The translations under genes were made by a program, and so were the position numbers. From a virus, in the IMG/VR virus record IMGVR_UViG_3300027509_000012: a stretch of DNA of 64,000 bases; one strand, 5' to 3'. Shown here piece after piece: positions 56,885-64,000 of this stretch. Under the pieces are notes generated by a model, which was given only the letters and a program-made list of their open reading frames with translations, ran no database searches and had not been told where the DNA came from. Every line of letters begins with the position of its first letter. Position 1 is the stretch's first letter.

Positions 56885-57481
56885 ATGAAAAAGAATAACG
56901 TTAGTCCGATTGATCCTAGTATTAAAGTGGTTAAAAATCTTAAAGATCATCCACCAAAGCCTCCTAAGCGACCATCATGGGATCAAACATATATTAGTAT
57001 GTGCTACACCATAGCTGCAAAATCGCACGATCCTCGTACTAAGATTGGTTCTGTGGTTGTTGGTAAAGACATGACAATTAAAACAATTGGCTATAATGGC
57101 TTTCCTAGAGGCGTAAGCGCAAGGCCAGAGATATTAGAATCTCCAGAAAAATATAAATGGATGATTCATGCAGAAGTTAATGCAATGTCGAATGCTGGAC
57201 GAAATGGAATGTCATTAATCGATGCATCTATATACGTTAATTTAACACCATGTAATACTTGCGCTGGTATAATTATTCAACATGGAATCACTGAAGTAAT
57301 TGTTCATAAAAATGGTCAATCACTTTACGAAACTAGTTCTGGAAAAGACGGAAGTTATTGGGAAGAAAGTTTTATATGTACCAAAAAAATGTTCAGAGAG
57401 GCTGGAATAAAATTAAGATACGTTGACTATTCTCCAAATCAATTAGATGCGTGGTTTAATTCTCAAAGTTTTAGAATTTGA
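56885..57481 (+). CDS. dCMP deaminase-like protein
   Basis: KSHDP.TKIG, GYNGFPRG, HAEVNA, PCNTCA. Confidence 0.9.
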   Translation: MKKNNVSPIDPSIKVVKNLKDHPPKPPKRPSWDQTYISMCYTIAAKSHDPRTKIGSVVVGKDMTIKTIGYNGFPRGVSARPEILESPEKYKWMIHAEVNAMSNAGRNGMSLIDASIYVNLTPCNTCAGIIIQHGITEVIVHKNGQSLYETSSGKDGSYWEESFICTKKMFREAGIKLRYVDYSPNQLDAWFNSQSFRI

Positions 57482-57579
57482 TTCTAAATAGAAGTATAGA
57501 TTTTATTGAAGAAATAAAATTGTATACTTCGACTATCCTGTTGAGGTATAATATTCACTCAATTTGGAGAGCAGCCTAG

Positions 57580-57894
57580 ATGTTATTAGAAGTCAATGAT
57601 AGTACGTTTGAGACAGAAGTTTTGAATAGTAAAGGGATTGTAGTTGTAGATTATTATTCTAACTCTTGCGCACCATGCAAACGATTGATGCCTAAATTGG
57701 AAAATGTTAGTGGAAGTATTACTTCTGGAAAAATTGTTAAAGTGGATGTTGAACATAATTTTGAAGCATCGATGCGGAATAAAGTTAAAACAATACCAAC
57801 TCTTATCGTTTATAAGAATGGTGAGGTTGTAGGCGACCATCGTGGATGCAGTCAATTGTCAGAATCTGAGATAAAAAATCTCCTAGAACAATAA
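57580..57894 (+). CDS. thioredoxin
   Basis: VDYYSNSCAPCK (CxxC), IVKVDV, IPTLIVYKNG. Confidence 0.88.
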   Translation: MLLEVNDSTFETEVLNSKGIVVVDYYSNSCAPCKRLMPKLENVSGSITSGKIVKVDVEHNFEASMRNKVKTIPTLIVYKNGEVVGDHRGCSQLSESEIKNLLEQ

Positions 57895-57917
57895 TTTGAT
57901 CGCCATAAATATTAATT

Positions 57918-58118
57918 ATGGCAGAAAAAACAGAACGTAAACTAGGCGATTTAACTTCCGACGCTCTCAGAGCCGCTAGATTGGATAGGTTAGCAACAGC
58001 ATATACTGCTGTGACTGGCAAACCATGCAATTGTGCTAATAACAAAAAGGCTCTAAATAACATACACGATAAGTTAAGAGAGGCGATGATCAATGGCAAA
58101 GGAAGAAAAAACGGCTGA
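57918..58118 (+). CDS. small hypothetical protein
   Basis: CATAAATA upstream; PCNC motif. Confidence 0.5.
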   Translation: MAEKTERKLGDLTSDALRAARLDRLATAYTAVTGKPCNCANNKKALNNIHDKLREAMINGKGRKNG

Positions 58119-58314
58119 ACAAAAGGCTATCGAGAAATTAATTGCTCGCAATGATAAATTAGAAAAGGTTGTAACTCAGCTTCTCGCCCAAAACAAAAGT
58201 CTCCTAAATACCTGCAATAAACTCCAACGTGAAACTAAACGATTGGATTCTAATCAAAAACAATCTACTGCAAAATTAACACGCGCACTGGATAGTTTAA
58301 CTGGTAGGTATTAA
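58093..58314 (+). CDS. small coiled-coil protein
   Basis: Heptad pattern; GAGG RBS. Confidence 0.55.
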   Translation: MAKEEKTAEQKAIEKLIARNDKLEKVVTQLLAQNKSLLNTCNKLQRETKRLDSNQKQSTAKLTRALDSLTGRY

Positions 58315-58315
58315 T

Positions 58316-58795
58316 ATGTACGCAATGGTAACTAAAATAATAATGTCTCAACTAGGACCGATTCTTAAAGTTGTCGGAACTAGATGGCGCGAATTATTAA
58401 TTGTTGCATTGATGGTTATTGTTGTTTATCAAAACATTTCAAACACTCGCTGGGTATTCTGGGCTGATACTATTCCATATCTACAGGCAGAAATTGTAGA
58501 TGCCGAACTCAAAGTAGATCTTGCACTCCAAGCAAACAGTACATTACGAGAATCTATCGAAAAAACTAACGATCAAATAACGGGATGGCGTATACTATCA
58601 AAAAGTCTAGAAAAGCAATCTGATTTATTGCAGATGGATTTAATTGTAGCTCGTATCAACACAGATACTACAGTTAGAGAAGTTATACGTGAAGATACTC
58701 CTACTTCGTGTTCAGCAGCATTTGAATATTTAAGAGATGCAATTCCAGAACTTAATTATACAGATGATCTAATCGATGGAGATTTGTTCGAATGA
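58316..58795 (+). CDS. i-spanin (Rz-like)
   Basis: N-terminal TM, coiled coil, distal Cys (PTSC); overlaps the lipoprotein gene by ATGA. Confidence 0.7.
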   Translation: MYAMVTKIIMSQLGPILKVVGTRWRELLIVALMVIVVYQNISNTRWVFWADTIPYLQAEIVDAELKVDLALQANSTLRESIEKTNDQITGWRILSKSLEKQSDLLQMDLIVARINTDTTVREVIREDTPTSCSAAFEYLRDAIPELNYTDDLIDGDLFE

Positions 58796-59124
58796 AATTA
58801 ATTTTTGTACTATTATTAATTACTCCAATTCTCACAGGATGTGGTGTGTTTGGTAAGCAGCGTATCGTAACTGAAACAATAGAAGTCAAGGTTCCCGTAC
58901 TATATTCACCTAAACCACCAGTTATCGTGCGACCAGTGCTAGCAATCCATGAGATGACAGAAGCTCAGAAGAAAGATGCTGGTACTATAGCTCAATATTA
59001 TAAAGCTACTATAATCCAACTTCTAGGATATTCTAAGGAATTGGAAGATGCACTTAATGATTATCAGTTAATAAGTGAAGCTTTAGAAGAAAAGGCTAAC
59101 GAAGCAACTCCTATTCTGGAGTAA
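58792..59124 (+). CDS. o-spanin (Rz1-like lipoprotein)
   Basis: Lipobox LTGC, Pro-rich VPVLYSPKPPVIVRP. Confidence 0.7.
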   Translation: MKLIFVLLLITPILTGCGVFGKQRIVTETIEVKVPVLYSPKPPVIVRPVLAIHEMTEAQKKDAGTIAQYYKATIIQLLGYSKELEDALNDYQLISEALEEKANEATPILE

Positions 59125-59202
59125 AATCCCTTAAATTAATATTTTTTAGCACAATGATGTTTATCTATACTAAATAGATGTATCATTTGCTGGAAAAGAT
59201 TA

Positions 59203-59556
59203 ATGTCGATACTGAAAGAATTGAACGAGCGGAAAAACGATACGGAAATTCCTTTAATGGAATGTATTGATGATGCTGTGGCTGAAATTCTTGGCGAAGC
59301 TAAAAACAGTGCTCGATTTAATAAATTTTTCAATTCAAATAGAGAGCTTGTTCAGAATGCTTCGGTTATAGCATTGAGTGATTTTAACAAGTTTAATAAA
59401 AATACACGAAAAACCGTAACGCTTCATGCTAAAGATGGACACGAACGTAGGACTGTTTCTGGCATTGTTGATTCACTGGTTAAGAGTGGAGATTATCGAA
59501 TCCAAAAATTGAAGTACCATATGGGCCGAAAAATGTGGATTCTTAAAAGAAAATAA
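59203..59556 (+). CDS. putative internal head protein (MSILKELNE leader)
   Basis: Shared leader; LHAKD..ER. Confidence 0.55.
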   Translation: MSILKELNERKNDTEIPLMECIDDAVAEILGEAKNSARFNKFFNSNRELVQNASVIALSDFNKFNKNTRKTVTLHAKDGHERRTVSGIVDSLVKSGDYRIQKLKYHMGRKMWILKRK

Positions 59557-59597
59557 AACCCTAAACCAAACTATTAAACAGTACAGGATATTAAATT

Positions 59598-60305
59598 ATG
59601 AAAATCAATCAAATACGTAATCTAAAAGAAGAACGCGATCTTGAAAAAGATGACGCTGAACTCAGGAAAATTAATGCAAAGAACAAAGATAAAGACGACG
59701 AAAAAGAAACTGCTGGTGATGCAGCCAAACGTCGAAGCGAAGCTTTCCGCAAAAAAGTAGGAAAAGCTCAAGGTGAAGATGGTGATGGTACTGTCGGTTC
59801 TAAACAAAAGCCATTGTCTGCTAAAGCTAAAGCTACAAATGATAAGAAAAAGGCTGATGCTAAAAAGTCTAAAGACACTTATGATAGTCCTGAAGCAAAA
59901 GCACGTCGAGCTGCTGGTGCAGAAGATGGTGATTATCTAGAAAGAACTGCAAAACGTCGAGCAGCTAAAGCAGCTCATGTTGGTGATGAGAAAGATCCAG
60001 TTAAAGCTAAAGCTAAGCGTAAAGAGTTCGATGATAATGATCCATATACTCAAGGTCAACGAAAAGCTAGTAAAGATTATAGAGATGAAAAGACAGCTAA
60101 AAAGTCTGTAGCTAAAGCATCAGAAAAAGCTGAGCGTAAGCAAGAAAATAAAGCAGCGCATAAAAAATCTATGGATAAAATAGCAGCTAAAGAGCCAAAT
60201 CGTGCTAGAGACATTAAGAAAGAGATGTCTGATCGAGATGAGACAACTGCAAAACGAAAGACTTTAAAGGTTAATCGTGACGAAAAGAAAGAAACAGCTA
60301 AATAA
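59598..60305 (+). CDS. Lys/Ala/Asp-rich low-complexity protein, putative internal head protein
   Basis: MKINQIRNLKEE leader; highly charged. Confidence 0.55.
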   Translation: MKINQIRNLKEERDLEKDDAELRKINAKNKDKDDEKETAGDAAKRRSEAFRKKVGKAQGEDGDGTVGSKQKPLSAKAKATNDKKKADAKKSKDTYDSPEAKARRAAGAEDGDYLERTAKRRAAKAAHVGDEKDPVKAKAKRKEFDDNDPYTQGQRKASKDYRDEKTAKKSVAKASEKAERKQENKAAHKKSMDKIAAKEPNRARDIKKEMSDRDETTAKRKTLKVNRDEKKETAK

Positions 60306-60386
60306 TAGCTTTTAATTTCAATAATAACCAAAAATGCCCAGCTATATGTTGGGCATTCTGGGTATAAACTTAGCGAGAATAATATA

Positions 60387-61376
60387 ATGGTTTCTAAAAA
60401 ATTATTAGAAAGTGTCAAAAAAGAATCCCCAACTACAAATACGGGTGGATTTAAAGATTTCCTATTGTCTGAAACAAAAGACGATCTTAATTTAAGTCCA
60501 AAAGAAAAGAAAAAGCGTGATGCAGCTATAGAAAAATATAATAAGTCTAAAGCTAACAGAACCTATTCTAAAAAAGAAGCGGAACCGACTAAAGTATATT
60601 ATGATCAAGATAAAATGGAAGAATCTGACTCTACTAAGCAAAAAACTAATGAAAGTGTAGTTACTGAAGGAAAAGGTGTCCGTACTGATTATGCTAAAGA
60701 TTCAGATCTTGTTTCAGTATATAACAAAGCTAATGATAAAGAAGAAATAGCCGTTGATAAAAAAGAAGTTTTTACTCAAAAGGATAAAACTAAAACAAAA
60801 GCCAACAAAAATGATCATCAAGCTGCCGCTCGTGAGCGTGGTAAGCAAATCGATGCAATGTTAAAAGCAAAAGCTGCTAAAGCTAAATCAGATAATAAAG
60901 AAGCTGTTACCGAAGCAGAAGATTTCTTAGTTAAAGAACAAGCTGATATGATTAATCGATCAATCCACTATGCTGAAGTTTACCTGCATGAGCATGGTAT
61001 TGCAGATCGACACTCAAGTGATTGGGATGATGTAGTTGCAGAAAAAGCCAAAGAGCGATTAGAAATAGTCATAGAATCTGGTTCTAATGCTGAAAAATGG
61101 GAAAAATGGAATGCACAGCGTGACGATTCTAAAGATAAGAAAAAAGTAGAAAAGAAAAAAGCAGAAAAGAAAGAAGATAAGCTAGAAGAAGCTGGTTGTG
61201 CTGATTGCGATGCTAAGCAAAAAGAAGATACTGATTTTACATTAGGTTGGAAATTACGCTCACAAGCTCGTGGTGCACCTCGTGATGTAGCGTCTGCATT
61301 AAACAAAAAAGCTGCTGATCATCAACAAAAATGGAATGATAAAAAAGCATCTATTAAATGCGATAAATGTAAGTAA
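60387..61376 (+). CDS. charged putative internal head protein with multiple (I/L/V)xE motifs
   Basis: LLE, LSE, VTE (x2), LVKE, KLEE. Confidence 0.55.
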   Translation: MVSKKLLESVKKESPTTNTGGFKDFLLSETKDDLNLSPKEKKKRDAAIEKYNKSKANRTYSKKEAEPTKVYYDQDKMEESDSTKQKTNESVVTEGKGVRTDYAKDSDLVSVYNKANDKEEIAVDKKEVFTQKDKTKTKANKNDHQAAARERGKQIDAMLKAKAAKAKSDNKEAVTEAEDFLVKEQADMINRSIHYAEVYLHEHGIADRHSSDWDDVVAEKAKERLEIVIESGSNAEKWEKWNAQRDDSKDKKKVEKKKAEKKEDKLEEAGCADCDAKQKEDTDFTLGWKLRSQARGAPRDVASALNKKAADHQQKWNDKKASIKCDKCK

Positions 61377-61389
61377 AATTTGATATAAA

Positions 61390-61650
61390 ATGTTATTAGA
61401 AGAAATTTTAGAAGAAGGGCAGGATTTCAAAACACTTAAAAAGAATAAAGTGGAACTGACACCTGAAGAACGTTCTGAAGTTTTAGCTAAAGATGGTGTT
61501 TGGGGTAACGACGAAGTTGCTGTTTGGAAATCTAAAAAGAAAGATGGATCTTTCGTTTATGTTACAAATTCTCATCGAGCATTTAATACCGCTCCATCAC
61601 TTAAAGGTGCCATAGGAAAATTTCATTCCTTCATTAAGAGTACTGGCTAA
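61390..61650 (+). CDS. conserved small phage protein (MLLEEILEE leader)
   Basis: FKTLKKNKV.LT.EER...AVWKS...VTNSHRA...LKGAI. Confidence 0.65.
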   Translation: MLLEEILEEGQDFKTLKKNKVELTPEERSEVLAKDGVWGNDEVAVWKSKKKDGSFVYVTNSHRAFNTAPSLKGAIGKFHSFIKSTG

Positions 61651-62186
61651 TGAGTATATTAAAAGAATTAACCACAATGTCTGAAGCCACTGATCTTACA
61701 CAATTTCCTTCTGATGTTTATCATGAACTTGAAGAACACATTCATAAAGGCGCTAAAGACTTAGAACGAACCTATGCAAATGCATTGGAATTGGTCAAAG
61801 AAGCATTTAAAGTAGAACATGTAGAACTTCCAGATCCATCAATGAAAAAAGCATGGGATCAATTTACCCAATTGATTCATTATGCAACTGAAAAGCTTTT
61901 AAAGTTTCGAGGTATTGATGGTGATTGGCGAATGAGTTCTCATGCATTTCGAGAATCAACTGAATTTAATGATTATGAAGTTACTGTTACTAATAAAGGT
62001 ATAAGCGAAAGCTACATTGTGCGTGATGAAGATATTCAATCTATTGTTGAAAGCACAACTGATGTAATGAGTAACTTGTATGATGTTTCTGTAGAGCAAG
62101 ATGGTGATTCAGATGCACTTATATCATTTAGTAAGTGGAGTATCAAACAGCCAAAATCAATTAAGATTCAAAAAATCACTCCCTAA
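61650..62186 (+). CDS. putative internal head protein (MSILKEL leader)
   Basis: Same first 7 aa as 59203. Confidence 0.6.
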   Translation: MSILKELTTMSEATDLTQFPSDVYHELEEHIHKGAKDLERTYANALELVKEAFKVEHVELPDPSMKKAWDQFTQLIHYATEKLLKFRGIDGDWRMSSHAFRESTEFNDYEVTVTNKGISESYIVRDEDIQSIVESTTDVMSNLYDVSVEQDGDSDALISFSKWSIKQPKSIKIQKITP

Positions 62187-62268
62187 AATTAATTTTTTGT
62201 GTGATGTAGTTCCACATTATAATTAATTTCTCCTGTATTATTGCCGAATATACATCGGGAGCACCCAC

Positions 62269-62622
62269 ATGAACGATTATCAACAAACACTATATTCTGA
62301 CTTGATGGCGCTGGTCGCTGGATCAAAGAAGAAAATGTTTTTCTTTAAAGATCACGAACGAGATGGAAACCATTATCGAGTTTTCAGCTATCACATGGGA
62401 TCATATTCTGATTGGTTACTTCCATCTGCATTAGAATGCCGTGGCATCATGTTTCAAATGAATGGTGAAGAACCTATTGCATTAGCATCATTACCATTTC
62501 CTAAATTTTTTAACGTTTACGAGGCGTCCGACGATATAAATACTCTAGCAGAAGCATTAGTTAGAGATGGGAGATTATCAGAAGATGTATTCAACAGATT
62601 TAAAAAGAGAAATAAAAAATAA
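62269..62622 (+). CDS. Rnl1-type RNA ligase, N-terminal piece
   Basis: YRVFSYH..SYSDW..P.ALECRGIMF...LPFPKFFN as in T4 RnlA N-terminus; stops before the KxDG motif. Confidence 0.85.
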   Translation: MNDYQQTLYSDLMALVAGSKKKMFFFKDHERDGNHYRVFSYHMGSYSDWLLPSALECRGIMFQMNGEEPIALASLPFPKFFNVYEASDDINTLAEALVRDGRLSEDVFNRFKKRNKK

Positions 62623-63439
62623 ACTATTTTTTAAAAGCGGAATAATAAACAAATATATCTATACAGAAAAATTTTGGATTAAAAATAATTTAGTAGAGTT
62701 GCGAACTAATATATATGAAAAAACATCATTTATTCCATATGATGCTAGATTGGATGAACGATTATTTGTCATAATTAATGATGTTGATATATTACCTTTA
62801 TGTCCAGTTTGTGAAAAAATGGTTAAATTTAAAAGATATGGTCTGGGATATTCAACTTATTGTTCAGTAAAATGTAGAGCAAACCATAGTGAATGGCAAA
62901 TGGTAGTTAGGGATACAAATAAAAAACGATATGGTGTCGAATTTATTGCTCAATTACCACATGAACGAATTAAGCGAGGTATTGAGTTTAGATATAATGT
63001 GAAACACACTTTTGATTATTCTAATGCCCAGAAAAAAAGAAGAAAAACTTTAGTTAGAATATATGGAGAAGATTATAATTCTGGTTGGACAGAAGAAGCA
63101 ATTAAAAAAAGAATTAATAATGGTAATATGGTTCCTTATGAACTTCGAGATGAATATTTAGAATATAAAAGACAAGTTGAATTGATTACTAGAAAACAGC
63201 CAATTAATACTTTAGAAAATCATGAATTGCGGGGAGTTATTGGCAAAGATGAAAATCCATATCATTTAGATCACGTAATTTCTATGTACGAAGGTTTTAT
63301 GGAAGATGTACCACCCGAAATAATAGGTAATATTATAAATTTACGATTTATCCCAGCAGGAAAAAATATAACAAAGGGAAATAAATCAAATGGATCATTA
63401 CAGGACTTAATAGAACGCTATGAAAAAAGAATTCGATGA
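62585..63439 (+). mobile_element. free-standing HNH homing endonuclease with Cys-rich N-domain
   Basis: LPLCPVC...YSTYCSVKC; YHLDHVIS..GF...PPEIIGNI.NL..IP...N..K; GGAG then ATG 62585 (62567 also possible). Confidence 0.8.
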
Positions 63440-64000
63440 CTTAGTTGAAGCAAATGGATTAGAATCATTGTATGATTATTTTCCACATCTTAAACCATTA
63501 AATTGGAGTAAGTTTAAATGGGCAGAAAATAAAGCAGACGGAAGTATGATAGCCACATACTCTGATAATGGTCCTATGCGATTAAAATCAAAAACAGCAT
63601 TAGAATCAATTATGGCTAAAGATGCAGAATCATATCTACAATTGCCAGAAAATGCTGATTTGGAAAGAGCAATGCGACATTATCATAATGCTGGATACAC
63701 AATTGTTGGTGAGTGGTGCGATTCAACTAAGCCAGAATCTAGAATTGTATTGGCTTATGATAAACCACAATTAATAATTTTTGGTGTGCGAAGAAATAGT
63801 GATGGTCAAATCATTGATTATCGTCATGACGAAGGTTTGGTTGGTGATTGTTCTGATGAATACAAAAAACAGATGCGCGAAATACTGGTCTTGAATTCGG
63901 TTGAGCGAACACTAATTACCGATCCAGAAGAATTTAATAAATTAGCATTGAGTGAAACTGGTATCGAAGGATACGTTTACGTATTCGAAGATGATGTTCG
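63420..64000 (+). CDS. Rnl1-type RNA ligase, C-terminal piece, 3'-truncated by window edge (not in ORF track)
   Basis: Own translation: MKKEFDDLVEANGL...NKADGSMIATY...RLKSKT...TIVGEW...RIVL.YDKPQL...R...ETGIEGYV (motif I KxDGS, motif IV EGYV); open to window end. Confidence 0.85.
   Translation, partial: MKKEFDDLVEANGLESLYDYFPHLKPLNWSKFKWAENKADGSMIATYSDNGPMRLKSKTALESIMAKDAESYLQLPENADLERAMRHYHNAGYTIVGEWCDSTKPESRIVLAYDKPQLIIFGVRRNSDGQIIDYRHDEGLVGDCSDEYKKQMREILVLNSVERTLITDPEEFNKLALSETGIEGYVYVFEDDV

Noticed and set aside
1-64000. Stop-codon reassignment, tRNA genes, DGR
   Set aside because: Known genes are full length in code 11 and TAG is used as a real stop (e.g. 33961-33963). No tRNA T-loop/acceptor pattern or reverse transcriptase was seen.

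Overview
AT-rich fragment of a lytic jumbo myophage of the T4-related, UvsX/UvsY/UvsW-type class. The host is probably a marine gammaproteobacterium (inferred from IscA/Prs/GuaC-like genes and a GlyGly-CTERM-like anchor). Genes are almost all on the + strand, use the standard code and are densely packed. Content: tail-fibre/baseplate-type virion proteins; replication and recombination genes (gp32-like SSB, UvsX, UvsY, UvsW, type II topoisomerase, clamp loader, two separate DnaE-like fragments, DEDD exonuclease, DNA ligase); rIIA/rIIB; a MoxR-vWA pair; nucleotide metabolism; lysis genes (holin-like, spanins); and many small late proteins with a shared N-terminal leader. Most unusual: (1) two putative RNA-repair enzymes (a Pol-beta-family nucleotidyltransferase at 14.0-16.3 kb and an Rnl1-type RNA ligase at 62.3-64 kb) are each cut into two separately translatable ORFs by a free-standing homing endonuclease. 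There is no visible intron or intein, and both halves carry extra helical-looking tags at the break. (2) A cell-envelope CAZyme cassette sits at 8.8-14.0 kb: a secreted, membrane-anchored AA5 galactose-oxidase-type enzyme with all catalytic residues, a GH16 hydrolase and an Excalibur lipoprotein. (3) Several RBS-sequestering hairpins are tied to promoters or alternative folds. No tRNA, rRNA, CRISPR array, integrase or reverse transcriptase was recognised. All family calls are from motif recognition by eye, not database searches.
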